Positions 21,722 to 36,235 of a stretch of DNA of 64,000 nucleotides are shown here, piece by piece. Position numbers and translations under genes: made by a program. Within the stretch, counting starts at the first letter, position 1. Each line of letters opens with the position of its first letter. This DNA is from Yuukianura sp. NJ FZ-2021 (Eukaryota). The notes below the pieces were generated by a model that ran no database searches, had not been told where the DNA came from, and saw nothing but the letters and a program-made list of their open reading frames with translations. The stretch is taken from positions 6,696,001-6,760,000 of the forward strand of contig CM102286.1 of the NCBI GenBank assembly GCA_046563655.1, read 5' to 3'.

Positions 21722-24700
21722 CAAGTAAAAAGTGGCACAAAAATTGTAATCTGAAAGCTGATTCACCGTTTTGCACTTAAGTTTTCCGCTATTTATGAAT
21801 GTGATATTTGCACGAAAAGCAAAAAACAACCTCACGTTTAGGTCTAGGGTAACTCTAATTATTTTTGATAGAAAAATGGGAGGTTGTCAAAATAATTTTC
21901 CGGGATGTTAGGTTCCGCTGGAATGGTTTACCAAAAGCACTTGGTATAACTCTGGAAAATCATAGTGTATGTCACTTGACCCTCCCTGCTTTGTCACCAA
22001 TGAAAAGGAATTCGGAGTGGAATTGATTCTGGTTTCTTTTCCCATTTCTTGGCCAAGTACTCAGTCAATGGGAGGACGTGCTCTGAAAACCTTTTCCAGA
22101 TTTTCAATAACAGTCCCTCCTCAAAGGAAAGCGTCTCTGACTGCAGTAAGTAAACCTCTTTCCATTTTCAACATCCGCACTTTCTCAATGAAATCTTGAG
22201 TCGATCCTCATCCGCCTTTCTCCTGCGGAAATGAAAATGATCGGATATAATATAATGCCAATGTGCCTTTCCATAGAATTCGTTCAAGGAGATTGCACAG
22301 TCGTATATTTCGGCTTGTCAGATCCCCCCAGAATCCAATACTCATCCTGCAGTATATATTACGAATTATTTCTTCTCTCGACGTCACCAATCCCGCAATT
22401 ATTAGTTAGCACAAGAAAAAGCCAAGAGTCAGCAGCACACATTCTCAAAATCTGAAAAACATTTTGGTGGAGCCAAAGTGGAGTGCCATCGTGGAAAAAA
22501 TTAGTTTCGAGTCCAGGGTCTTAAATTGCCTTTGGAGGAGCCTATCTTTTTTTTCAACAAAAGTTCGGATCAAAGAGAATTTGAAGATTTGATTTTGTGT
22601 GGTTGCAGTACAAGCAGTTCACGTGATTCAGTAGGAGAAATAAGCTTGTTAGGGTAAGTCGCAAGATGTTTGGAATAAAAAAGTGATTTGAACCCACCAA
22701 TTCATCGCTCGTTTTCCTAGTGAATTCAAACAGTTGTCAAACTAAAGCAGGAGTTAGGGAGTCCCTTTGTGGAGAAGAGCCCTTATCAATACCATTTTCC
22801 TGACAAAGGAGTCCTCTGAGTGAAAGCAAACTGCTGGGGAAAAGGGAAATGAATCCATGCCCTGCAGGCAAATCACAGAATGATTAGCGGATTCAGACTT
22901 ATTTTGGCCTACTTTGATGCAGAAGCTGTTCTATTGAAGCCATATGGCACGTGCTAATTGTGTGTATTGTCATTGGAAATGATATGGCTGGAAGTTACAA
23001 CTTCCAACTAGAGGACTTGGCACTTGGTCTGTGCTGTTCTAGTGTGTGGCGTAGTTGAATGGAGATGGGTAACTGTTTCTACTGAAGTGGTTGACTATGA
23101 ATACTTTCCCCACATGAGCAGAGCCCTTCAACATCTGTCTGGAATATAAGAAGGACTGGGAATAATAGGACCATGAATAATCGGTCACCCCGACCTCGAC
23201 ACTGACAATAACGACTGGGGCGAGATCCTTATAATAAAAATATCATGGAGCAGTAAGGAACTGGGAGAGACACACAATGGGATTGGACGCAGTTCGAGGG
23301 CCACACCAAATAATAATAGGAGGTTTATTACAATGGACGACGCGTGTTGTGAGTCTGGGTCAGGTTTAAAAGTGTACCCACTTCTTTCTGTACCTTCAAC
23401 CATCGACTTCACTCAAAACTGGAGGATTAGTCTATTCAAGGAAAATATTGATTAAGGGCCCCCTCCATGAGGAACTCTGATCCGATTCTAGATAGTCTTC
23501 CGTCCCTGCCACATTTTTTGAACTTTGAGTCATCGTCTTTATTTATTACCAAACTCAATTTCTAGCACAACTTCCTCTCCAGGCACCCTTCGATTCCATC
23601 CATCAAGGGCGTAGAGCCTAACACGTAAATGGAACGGAGGAAACCCTAACCTATTGTTATAGTTTTAAATTTACGCACAGTATGTTTACTCACTGACCTT
23701 CAGTTTCCATATGCCTGACCTTTTACGAAACTTATGTTTTACTACGGGCCATACAATGATTACAGGAGAATCGATTTCACATTGTCTAGTAAGGTTGCTT
23801 ATTCATCCCACAAGAATGTCAGGAATATTTGTGGAGTGATTGAGAATAATTTTATAATTTAAAACTAATTTAACACTATCTGAATTTTGCTTTATTAGGG
23901 AAAGTGTCAATGTATTTGGGACCTTTACCCTCTTAGAGCCTTTCGTGTCGCTTTCCCCTGTTTTGGGTGGATGACCATAAAGCCTAAGTAAATCCTATTT
24001 CCTCTGAGTTTTTCAGGAAATGTAGCGTTAGGGCTTGTCCTTTCTCTCCCCAAAAACTAGATACAAATTTGGAGAAATTAATGTGGACACACAGTGAATA
24101 ATCGAGGGAAACGGACCTTGTCAGCATAAAATCCCCTTGACGGCCACCAAGATCAATACTCACCCTCTCGTGGTCATCCTCTTTCCTAATCCAGATTAAG
24201 CACTACGGCTTCACTGTTACCAAATTTACTTTTCACTTCATTGGCAGGCCCAAGGAACACGTCATCCGTCCATTCCCTTTTTCCACTTTCTCCATTTCCA
24301 CACCCTAACCCTAGTTATGTTCTACACATACAGCCTTAACATCATAAACTCAAAAGTCGTTGCCATATTATTATTTTCTCCAACCAGTTTTATGACTCTG
24401 ACGAGGCGCGAGCAGAGGGCACTAAACAAACCCTGTAGATTTCTCTCCATTATTAACTCCTTCAAACTGAATCATCATAGTCTCAACCTTCTCTTTTAGT
24501 CCTAAAAACTTAAGCCCAAACTTGCTACATCCTCAACTATTTAATTTCAAACTGGGATTATGGCAGCTAAACTGGGAAGAAAGGGTTGGGCTTTAGGTGA
24601 TTATTTCACAACTAAAATTAGACCTAAAGTTTATGCCCTTCTATAATAATTCTCTTGTTCTCATATGAACATAAAACACAAAAGATTTAATTGGTAAAGT

Positions 24701-27700
24701 ATAACTCAACCATTGTCTAATTTGCTCAACTTTGGCTAAAGAGGTGAGCATAAACTCAGCGTTTGGTTTAATTTTAGTTCTGACGAAGTGGGGAAAGCAA
24801 TAACTTTAAATTAATTTTTTTTAGTCTTGTTACATAAACATAAATCATAGCTAAACATCTTCTGAAATTCAATTTAATAGCGAGTGGCCAAAGTTTAGAA
24901 AATGGTGGGTGGCAAAGTAAAGAGAAACTTGGAATCACAGAACAAATGGAGAAAGTTCTCATTCGTAAAACGCTTTTTAATCACTTTCCAATACTGGTTT
25001 CCAAAACTTTGGATATTCAATTAAAAAGAGATAAATCTTTGGCCCATTCCTCCTTCTGCAGAATACAAATTTTGGGCGGTGTGCCATTCTTCTTTGAAAC
25101 AAAAGTATAACAATCTGTGGCATAGGATTTTATCACCACAAGAAACGCATAGAACAAAGTTGCAGTCAAATTAATTGTAAGCGGAAGTCCATTTTTATGG
25201 AACCCCACTCTGGAGGCAGGATTCTCATTCATCTTGTTACTTTTTCACCAAACTGTCTTCACCCGCTATTATTTACTGCCACTTTGTCTTACTCCCCCCT
25301 AAGTCCATTTCCGCAAAAAAATAGTTTTAAAGATTTAGGTTACGTAATCATAAACGAAGAGGTTTGTGTTTGTAAACCATGATTTTGGTAGTTAAAACTG
25401 GCGGCAGAGATGGTACAGTTCCGACTACAGTATCTTTTGAATTTCGGTGTCTCTCTGTTCTTCTTCTAGCGGATAATGGCTCTCTACTGCTAATGTCTTT
25501 CTCCTTAAGGAAACCTAAAAGTAAAAGCATTTCCAAGTTTCAGGATGCAGAACAGCAGAAATGGCGGGAGTTGTAGATAGAGAGCAGAGATAAAATTGTT
25601 TTCTTTGCTACAATTCTTCCACGCACTTCTGTTTGCAAAAACGAGAGCAGAAAAAAAAACGGGAGAATGAAAAAAGCAATAGTAATAAAAATATGTTTGT
25701 TTGTTCCTTGAGCAATTTTGTTTGGAAAGGGAAAGGGTGTTGGGCGTCTAAAGGAAAAGAACACTTTACATTTTCTTCTTTGTTCGCTTTCTTTCTTCCA
25801 ATTCAACGTCCTTTCCCTCCCTCCTTTCTCCACAAATTGCAACTAGAACTACCAACTTTTTCTATAGAATCTAATCTTCTTTGCGTTTTTTAGAAAAGAA
25901 CAGAAACATAAAGTAAGGATACGACCATGTCATCAGTTCTCCTCCAAGGATATGGAGAAGCATCCAGAATTATTTCCATCTACTAGTAACCATAGACTTT
26001 TGCATGAAAAGTCTCCAAGGACAACTTTTCTCTTGAGTTTGCTTTTCCGACTTCCGTATAGGAAAAAAAGTTTAAAGAAAAGTTAACTAATGTGCTTCCG
26101 TCTTCCTGGTTCGCTTCCATGTTTGTGTGTATTGGGATTTAAGAGACCAGATTAAAAGTTTGAGTTTGGAAAGATTTCATATTTCTTCAACATCACTTCC
26201 TCCAGTTTTCATAACTTTCTTTTCCTAGGCTTCAACTTTTGGGCTCGACTGTGTTAAGTGCTAATTTGAACTTTAGGTTGGTGCTGCCTAATTGCATATT
26301 TCTAACTTTCTACTGAAAAGACTTCCAAGTCCGTTGAGCTTCGTCGAGTTAAAAATCGGCAGCGGCAGTTGAAAATTTGAAATGACGAAGACTCCAAAGT
26401 TTGGTTTTTGGTGAACATAACTAGTGAAAGTCGGTGAAGGCTGTTTGATTAGCTTCTGAACGAATAGATTTTGGTGGTAGACTGAAGGTTAGAGGTTATA
26501 GGGCCTAAGAGTAAATTTCCACAGGTTCAAAGTTCTTTCTTTTAAGCAATGATTGCCTTGTCTTGTTAATTAAATTAGTTAGAGTTGAGGTGAGGAACTG
26601 TTTCTTCAGGAAAAGTCAACTTTTGTCTTAACTAATAAGTTAAGAGTGGAGGTTCCAAAGGTTGTGGGACTTTGGAGTTTGAAGGGAGACGGCGGTTAAG
26701 TATGAAGAGGTTTGGCAGGGTCCTTTGCCATTTGTGAAAGTAAATCGTGCAGTGTAGTAGGCAGCGCAAGCGTCTGTCCCCTAGAAGCACTGGATCTCTC
26801 TCGTGAGTTCAGATGGAAAGCAGGGGAAGCAGTCTATGATTTTGGCTTTAGTGAATGCTACCTTACAGCAAGGCCTCTTCCTTCCCAGAAGCCCAATCTC
26901 CCAGTGCATGGGGAAAGTGAGGCAGAAGCTCGCGTTAAGCTCAGTTCGTAACCTAAGCCCGTTGGGGTTGGACGTGACTCTTTGTTCAATCCATGAAAGA
27001 TTAATACTCTTCCCCTCTACTTCGAACCTCTCATTTATTACAACGGAGCAGCGTCGGATTAAGGATAATAGCTTCCAATTCAAACAGAACGTCTTTGAAT
27101 GCACTTTGGAAATTTTCAAAAATTACCTCGCAGTGATCTGGAGCTTGGAGCATTAGTAACAACAAAACGCTCTGCGTGAAAATCTTTTCCACTGCTTTTG
27201 AACAGTGAGTATCGGACATCTTCTTATGCTAATGGACACTTGAAGGAAGCAATTACTCATAACAATGAGTGCAAGACGAGCTACAAGGCCAGTTTTGAAA
27301 AAGTGACACACACAAAAAATGAAGATTTGATTCAACTTCGTCTTCTTCTTGGCCTAGCAAACAGTGAAGCCAGAGGTTCGTGTGAAGTTGGTTTGCCTAA
27401 CAGGACGCCTTGATCTTTGACTCATAAAAAACACAATTGAAATTCTGCACAGTTGGGAAGTGCGTTTTGTGCAAGAAGGTTCCAAATGGATTTGGTGTAA
27501 AAAGATTGCGAAAAGTGAGAAATGCCTATGTAAATGTTAGGGAGAGTGAGGACAACAGAGCATTGTAGAATTGGCAAAAGGTCATGCCATTCTGCCAAGC
27601 CTAACCTTTTCAAGACAAGAGACTCTATCCATCATTCCCATGTAAAAATTCATAAGGTTTCCATATTTTACACCCCCAAGTGATCTCAAAAGTGTTTTAA

Positions 27701-28561
27701 CCCCACAAAACTCCAACCCCATTTTTACATTTCCTTCCGTTTTTTTGAAACTAAATTACAAAAACAGAAAAAGTGTTTGAAAAAACTGTCCCATGTGGCA
27801 CTCTGCGTTAGTTTTTTTGAACAGGGGAAATGGAAGTGATGGGTCGTCAAATTAGTGAAGACAGTTTACAGAGTCCCATAAAATCAAACCCAATCTCATC
27901 TTGAGCTCCAACCCATTCCGTATTTCCAGTAGTCAGAAATTGGATTTGGGTAATCGGGTAAATGTTCGTATGCATCTTCAACCCAAAGCATCTTCTCTCC
28001 CGCCCTTCATGCCCATCATCACCTTCAACATATTCTCAAGTGACGGGAAATTAGATGAACTTTACCAATCCCAGCTTGGAGCAAATTGGAACCATTGAAA
28101 GTGTACTGCTGCTGACTCAGACTATGTCTAATACTATCTAACAAATTCTGTTGGATTCTTCGAATGTTCAAATGTCAATTTGGAACGGAAAAGAGGAGAA
28201 TATACAAGTTTGGAAGTTGCAAAGAACTGTTCATCTTTTGACGCCTCACGCCTAAATATTAGTAAGCAAAAAAGAACTCAGAAGAGGCTTTTACTGAGCT
28301 GTCAGAAGTTTCCTTGGACCAACACGAAAGATCACACTTTATTCAAAAACAAAAAACCATCGCGTGCTACCCTAACTACGAACTTCCTTGCTCTCATCGT
28401 TCTTGTGCTAGTTTCTCCTTGAACTCTAAAGTTTGGCCCTAAGAAGAACCAAAAATTGCAAAGGCGGCACAAATTCCGTGCGAAACTGAACAAGAAAATA
28501 TTTTCACAGGCCTGGAGAAGGTGAAAGCTCAATAATTTTCTTTCAAGTAGAAAATTCAGAA

Positions 28562-28673
28562 ATGGCCGGAGGAGAGCGGAAAGTTGAAGATTGGATATCC
28601 AGGAGATCCTTTGTTTTCATTTGGATCCACCTAGCTACTCTTCTAGTATTGATCAGTTCCGCTACTGCTCAAG
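28562..28673 (+). CDS. Sidestep-family Ig protein, probable first coding exon (signal peptide)
   Basis: MAGGERKVEDWISRRSFVFIWIHLATLLVLISSATAQ, then a phase-1 donor AG|GTAACT compatible with the exon at 43777. Linkage across 15 kb is inferred. Confidence 0.65.
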
Positions 28674-30375
28674 GTAACTTTCAAAGTTCTTTGTCATTTT
28701 GCATTCTGACGTTTTTAGAACTTTTGCGTAGGTTTATCAGAGTCAACACGAGTAATGTATAAAATTTCTAATTTTAGTAGTTGCAATGCAATGCTAAAAC
28801 ACTCAAACTATTCTGGACTTGAAGAACTGTTTTTCTAACCTTTCCAAACATAATCAATGAACTCCGAACCTAAACAAAATACCACGAGGAAACTCACCAG
28901 TTCTCAATCGATACGTGTTATTAGTGTTGAAACAAGCAGCAAGCGTAGTAAAGCTCATCGCTTAACGTTTAGAATTGTGTGAATTGCTGTTTACGTACCT
29001 GCAAGTTCCGGTTTTTAACCCACGTAAATATACTACAACTTTGGTGAAAGGTTTGGGTTGTTTCTTAGACTTAATTACAAGGTGAGGTCGAGATGTTGAG
29101 AATGGGAATTAAGGCGGGAGAGGTATGAAGTGAAAGCCTAAGAGGTTGATCAATAGAAGTTATTATTCCAGAGGGGGAACGTGTAGCACCACTTTTGCAT
29201 TTACAAAAGAGAAAGCACACTTTCTCTCCATCACCAGGAAAAATAAACCCAAAACGAAGACAGAAGAAACTGACCTGACTAACTTCCGCGAAATATTTGA
29301 ACTGAGTCAGATCATACCTGATTCACTAAAAACCCGGGAGTTTTATGGAGTAATGATGATATTCAATATTCCACTGCCAACTTCCAGGAATAAGTTTCCG
29401 CCATTTTGTACGGTACCTGAACACTGTTGACATTTTGACAGCCTCCGATTAACCCTTCATCCCTGTGCTATATTTTGTTGCAAAACAGAGGCTCTTCCCA
29501 CCGTGAAATGTAATTAATCATGGACGGGTGCTAAACATAAACCATTTATCTGCGGTAAATTATTAAGATTCTGACGTTACCTTGAAAATTGTACATTAAT
29601 AATGCAGCATAATGTAAAATATCAGAATGTAATTAGAAGATTATGATTTTAATGAAAAGAACCACCCAACCGTTCATTTTGAATTGAAGTTGCTGCGGTT
29701 AGGTCATGTTCACGACCTGTAAAATCCAACATAATCCTACACATGTTTGGCTGTTCACAGTTTGCGAAATCCCTGTTTCCAGTTTTGCTTTTTGCAGCAT
29801 AATCCAATAGGGTTGTTTGGTTAATTAGTAGGATTAGCATTAGTAGAACAAGTCGGTTTAGGTTTTGAGCCAGGTCTACTTCCCACGCATTTGTAGTGCA
29901 AAGTAACAGCAGCTTGGATGACTACCGCATAAAATAAAATAACTGAGGGAAAGCATAAAATGAAATTCGAAAGTTAAAAGTCGACTTTGAATGCACTGCA
30001 GAATGGAGTAAGTGCGACTGGGACAACTCAGGGACTTTTGAAAGATGAAACTTTCATACTTTCTCCTTTAGCCAATGCTTTATATCGTCACACACAAACG
30101 ACAAACATGCATAGAAACACATAAACCAACACAGCGCGCTTTCACACGCCCTACCTTGTGGTTAAGCATTTGTTATGCTTAGGTGGTTAGTGGAGGTAAA
30201 ATGTTGAAAGTTTGCACAGAATACATTCTCGGCTCAAACACATTATTAAAAGTATTATACAGCTATTATGGTAATCCTTTAACTAATGCCTGCATTAGGC
30301 TTAAAAACTATTCTCTGCATGTAGTCTGGTCTATAATTTTTCAACTACCTCGCGTAACTTTTTGTGTTACGGTGG

Positions 30376-31205
30376 TAGGGGTCGAAATTCGTCGTGGTTT
30401 TGCCCAGATCCGAATCCCGAATCTATCCGAATCTGATCTCCGCAAAATCCGAATCCGGATTCGGATCTCATTTTTTTAAGAAATTCGCCCTTACATAATA
30501 GAAATTAAAAAGTAACACTTTTGTTTATGATTGAACACTAACTACCCGTTTATGTTGAGTTTGTTCTCTAAAGTAAAAAATATTGAAACTAAGTAGTAAA
30601 GACTACTACTCTCGGTAAATGAGAGAACCTGAAAATACGAACGAAGAAAGCAGACATTGTCTAAAGTGTCATCGCTTATTCATGACCGCATTTTGTTACA
30701 AAAATATCCGGCAGACGAAAATGATCTCTCCGCTTCAAATGTTGTTGGTGGAACATCAGTAATGGTACTGACAATGTCTTCGGACAGAGATAATCCAAAT
30801 TGACTTAGTTTGGAATCCGCAGTTGAGAGTACCGCTTCCGCTGTCATGGAGTTTTGAAGTGGGATCAGTCCATGGTTCCAGACTCGCCGCTCCGTGGAAA
30901 ACAAGTTAAATGTTCATGCACTTTACTTTGCTGACTTCCCTGATTTGAGTTAAGGTTGATTATTTAACTCAAAAGTAAGATTGAACGGAATGGGAAAGAC
31001 ATGGAACAGAATTAATTAAGTTGAGTTTTCTAAAAACATTTCCGAAAAGAGGCTCCTTAAAATTTAAATTCGCGACTACATCTATTTAAGTCTCAAATTC
31101 GTTTGGATCCGAATCCGCATGTTGTTAGATCCGAATCCCGAATTATTCGGATTCGTCAAAAATTCGGATTTGGATCCGAAGTCAAAATCCGAATTTCGAC
31201 CCCTA
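30376..31205 (-). mobile_element. Non-autonomous, internally deleted hAT DNA transposon (830 bp)
   Basis: 16-bp TIRs TAGGGGTCGAAATTCG / CGAATTTCGACCCCTA; perfect 8-bp TSD TACGGTGG (30368..30375, 31206..31213); subterminal ATCCGAAT/ATTCGGAT repeats; transposase C-terminal remnant. Confidence 0.93.
30632..30766 (-). pseudogene. hAT transposase C-terminal dimerisation-domain remnant
   Basis: Translates TITDVPPTTFEAERSFSSAGYFCNKMRS*ISDDTLDNVCFLRSYF, matching the hAT P-x-[TS]-x-x-x-E-R-x-F-S..R-S-R-L motif, with an in-frame stop. Confidence 0.85.
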
Positions 31206-34200
31206 TACGGTGGACAAACATTTAAATACTTGTGCTATTTCTAATTTCAGTGAAGGAAAGTTTTTACAGAGACCATTTTTTTCTGTAAAATATTTTTAGT
31301 TAATGTTATTATTATGCAATACTACTAACAGCGTCTTAACCCAGAAGTCTCTGCTCAGGGAATTGTTTTGCACGTTCCCGTCCTACAGTATGAAATTCAG
31401 AGATTAAAGTCGGGGTGGGGCGGGGCGGGGCAGTAAGCTCATAATGATTCAACGGGGGATGTAGAGCATTAACAATATCCCGAAGAAGAGCAGCATCCCC
31501 TTTGATCCAGCGAAGGAGGAACTTAGGAAAATGTTGGATTTCCCAAGGGATCTCTCAGGCGTAAAGATCACTTGCATATCCTTACTATGCGCATCTCTTT
31601 AAAGGCGAGCAATATGGCTTCGTTAGCACTTTTGCTTATGTCGCCATTTCCAAACTGTATGCACATGATACGTGGAGGAACGGCGATGTTTGCCAACGTG
31701 TTAATGATCTCTAAGTGCAGAACAATATGAATGTTCATTCGTTTTAAACTAAATAGCGTGCATATTTTTTTATTCACCTAGATCAATACTTTTACCAGAG
31801 TTAAGTTGGAGAAAGTTCCCAAATTTTACCAAAATGTGTTGTAATTCGAAAAAGTTAATCACAAACTTTACGAAATGAAGGTCAACACGGATTTTTTCTA
31901 AGTAAGCGTCTTCTGTTACAAAAGGTTTTATCAACTATGAAGGATCTTTTTATTAGTGACAGCTTAATTTGTGCTACTGGTTTTAGATTTACTTTTATTA
32001 GTAAAGTGTAAACCATAGAATTTGAAATGGACGTGTTTTTATTTATATTTCATTACATCATGTAACCTATTCGCAAGCTTCTCCTGTTCATTCGTAGTAG
32101 TGTGAGCAGTTTGAAGGAAAATACGGACGTTGAAAGAAACGACGACAGACAGTTGGCAGGCAAGTGAAAGTATCGAATGAAAAACCGATACAAAATACCC
32201 TAGGGATCTCTCCGCAACGACTATGCATGACCTGCTCTGTAAAATATGCCAAATCGAAAACGGAGAAAAAGTCATCTCGAGAGACACTGAATTTGGCATG
32301 GAGAGAAAGGAACTTAAAACTATCCAGTCCACATAACAATTGTATTGGGTTTGTTGGTTAGGTTTTGAGAGTCCGTTACACGCAAATGCCCAAATACAAT
32401 AATATTATAGAAGAATAGGAAGCCACGTAATCACCCAATAGAGGGGGGAAAATCGGGAACATGTGTTGCAAATTCTCACCAATGCTTTCACTATTTGAAC
32501 AACACAGAGTGACGACTTTTGTATGCGGCTATAGTGTTAGGGTGGTTGGGGAAGGAGTGTTAAAAGACCGAGTTGTCCCAACAACGTGTGTATTCTTCTC
32601 GGAATGGATTTAATCAACAGAATGAAAACTCAGTTGAAGCACTTAAATCCACTGGAAGGCTCCCTTCCAGGGGGCATAGTACAGTTTTTGACTGTTACTA
32701 GGCACGCACTGACATTAAAAAAATGAAAATTACTAGTTGGAGTTTAACACAATTAAAACTGGGAAATTTCCGCCATTATCACCTCAATTACTTTTGATTT
32801 TTGTTTTTTACGCTTTTTCTCTGCGTTGTGGTTCGCTTAGTTTTTCTTTATTGAAAAGTAAATTTACGAGGAAAGTATATCTCGGAATGGTAAGCAGTAG
32901 TCTACGACATGTGAGTCATATTCTCATTTGTGCTAATGAGAATATGCAATTAGGAATCCATCATCCCACTCTTGCGTTAGAGATCTCTCCTTCCTTTCAC
33001 CATTTGAATAATTTGATGGCTCTAGAGGAATTAGCACAATTCCGTAAAACTAGGGCCCCGTTTCCACTATTTTTAGGTCGTTCATAACTGACTTTAGCAT
33101 CCAAAATGACTAGGACCATCAATCAGACTTCATTAGGCTTTGGGTTCACGTGCGTTTGAACAGCAGCTTGGTAGCTTATGGTGGTGGAACTGTTTAAGGT
33201 AAAACAGGCGTGGATGGAGTCAAGGCAAGGCATAAATCATACAAGAAATTCCAGTTGTAAAGAGTAGGGAGTGTCCCACTGGCGTTCCCACCGAAGCTTA
33301 TACTTTCCTGGCGCCACATCATTTCCAAAAATAAGTATAATAGTCAAAATAGGAGTATCCATTTAGTAGACTACGTCAAACAATACTCAATCATGGATCA
33401 ATGGAAACAATTTTAGACTTGGAGAGTGAAAGCGAATGTGTGTGGGAGTAATGTTTATATTTATGCGGGTTGTCAGTTCCACTCGACTGCTAAATATTTC
33501 AACAGGAACGGAATAACAATAATGTAGTCGCCTATAAATTGTTTAATTGGCGCATATTGTCCAATTTGTGCCGTACTTGTTTACTCTGCACGTTGTAACC
33601 AACCAACTTCTGGAGGTGAATTTTTTTCAATTGATTTTTTTTACTAACAATAAAAGAACTGGAAACGACCGAATGGTGGAGCTTGATGACTTTCTGCATC
33701 CTTTTGTGTTTATGGGTATAATCTGCTTAGTGTAGCCTTTAGCTCCATCCAGTGTTTGAGGTCAGTGACACGATGGTGGGATTTGACTGGAAAGTGACTG
33801 GAATGGAGAAAGCAGCATGTGAAGTTGGAAAGTTGTGGTGCTGGACTATTCATTATGCTGTATTGGTTACGTTGTCGAGGATTATGGAATTAGGAGGGTT
33901 GATATATAGCATCCTCCGAGTCAACGCTTTTCCGCTTCCCTTTGAGTAGAAAATTCTGCAGACAATATATAATGGTCGTTGACAGGGATATCTTCCCAAA
34001 CACAATTTCCAAGTAGGTTGGAACGAAATAATCTTTCCAAAAGTTTTTTAAAACTTTGGTCTCCAGGCGACTGTAGAGGATGACTGCCTTTAGAAGTCTC
34101 AATTTCGGCCTCGTTCAAAGGCAGTGATCCAGAGGGAGGCGTATAATTCCCAAGAGTTATCTAATTACAGGAGGATCGGCATATTTATTCCCAAGTCAAA

Positions 34201-35636
34201 AGGTGTAACACAATGGAGTTTCAGTTCGGATTAGATGAGATGCGTGTCTTGACCAACAGATTCTCCATCAAACCAATTCGGAGCCTGGGAAGTGCCCACC
34301 TCCCCAATTCCTGGAGTTTTCCAGCCTTCCAGGCTCTACAAGATTTACGGTCTGAGTTGCCGGTCTCTTGAGACCACCAGGTAGCTGTTGTCGGTTTCGG
34401 CGGTGAATTATGACTGCATTACACTCTCACCACAAAACAAGAACAAGGGAAAAGTGTTTGGGAAGAAAAGAGTATCATTCATGCTAAGTTTTCTGGAAGT
34501 TGTACACATTTCTCATAGGAAGAAAGCACTTGGGTCTCTCGGAATTGGACTCCTACCTCTGCCCGTAATAGGAATAATATTGCTTTGTCAAATAGGCCCA
34601 AACAAGCCTCATGAGATTATTCTATCATACAAAAAATTTCGGTTAAAGTGGCAGGAAGCACTTGGGATGATTCCGTACCCTGAGCGTGTTGTCTCTCCCC
34701 ATAACTTGGCAATTTATAAGCCACTTTTCCCCACACCACGACCAAACTTCGTCCATTCCCAAGATCAAATCATCAGCGAAATGGAAGAAAGGTGGTTCCA
34801 GAGCACCCACGGAAGACCAGAACAGTGTGAAACACGCTTTAGCACCTGCCTCGAACACACTCCACATCAAACAGCTTTATTCGTGGCGCCTCCAGCAACG
34901 CCAAATCCATTTTCGCACTTTCCTTGTATTATTTCACCTCGGCAGTTCTCGCAATCTCCAAGTTTTTCCACATATCTCAAAGTATTTCACACAAATGAGA
35001 CATTGGAAAGTACAAAGTACTTTTAAATTATTACCACGTTGGGAATTTGGAAACGCGGGGTCGGTCTCACGAGACTATGAGATAACACTAGGTTGCGAAT
35101 TTGTGCAAAAATTAAACTTATGTAAAATACGCCCTTTTCGGGTAGAAAAGTTGTAGTTGCTCACTGTTCTATTCTACTGTTGTAATTTGACAAGTGGAAG
35201 ATTTGTTGGGAAATGTTAGACTTGCTTTAATTAAATTCCAGTTCTCTGTTGTAGTAGTAAAGTATTTTAACACTTTGGATGGAGCTTGTGACCGTGCTAA
35301 ATCGTGTCTTTTCTACTCATTCACATTCAAGTCTCTTGTCAAACAGGTAAAACATGGTTTGTCTAGTGTAATAATGTTTGTTTTGAGCAAACAAAAAAAT
35401 TGTTTCCCTCAACCTTCATAAGAACAAATTTTTTTAGAGGCATGTTATAGTGTATCAAAAATTTTCCATGAACATGGCCAAAATTTTACTGCAACATCAG
35501 AAATCTTTTTTAAAATTAAAATTGCATGTGTACGCAGTTCATGCCATAACAGGTTAAAGATATTAAAGATATACTGGCTCTAACATAAATTGGGTTCCAA
35601 GGTTGTATTCACCTATCAAATTTAATTTGCTTTCTT

Positions 35637-36235
35637 CAAAGGGTATGGGCCAAAACCCTATCAAAACGGTACCCGGTGCGATTCGAATGAAATTTTAACC
35701 AGTTGTTCATGTCGTTATTAGTATCATATTTGCAAATTTTCAGCCCCCCAGAAACGATAGGTCAAGGGTTATGGGGGGTCAAAGGTCACTATGTCATCCT
35801 ATGACAACCGGTGGCATGTAGCATATCATTGGAACGGGCTTGACCTCCTGATTCAAAAAATGTATATATGTCAATATTTATGACGTAAGACAACGAAATT
35901 ATGGCGCCAAACGTCCAAATACGTGAGATTTGGAATCGTGTGGGACTAGCCATTTCGACGTTTTGCGCCATAACTTCGTTGTCTTACGTCATAAATATTG
36001 ACATATATACATTTTTTGAATCAGGAGGTCAAGCCCGTTCCAATGATATGCTACATGCCACCGGTTGTCATAGGATGACATAGTGACCTTTGACCCCCCA
36101 TAACCCTTGACCTATCGTTTCTGGGGGGCTGAAAATTTGCAAATATGATACTAATAACGACATGAACAACTGGTTAAAATTTCATTCGAATCGCACCGGG
36201 TACCGTTTTGATAGGGTTTTGGCCCATACCCTTTG
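35637..36235. repeat. 599-bp foldback (284-bp arms, 31-bp loop), probable MITE/foldback element
   Basis: 35637..35920 is the reverse complement of 35952..36235. I saw three mismatches, all next to the loop. Confidence 0.93.

Noticed and set aside
34388..35156. 212-aa and 156-aa overlapping intronic ORFs
   Set aside because: No recognisable motif or splice structure, non-ATG starts as called; consistent with chance ORFs.
35789..36083. Two 60-aa ORFs with identical C-termini on opposite strands
   Set aside because: Consequence of the foldback symmetry, not genes.
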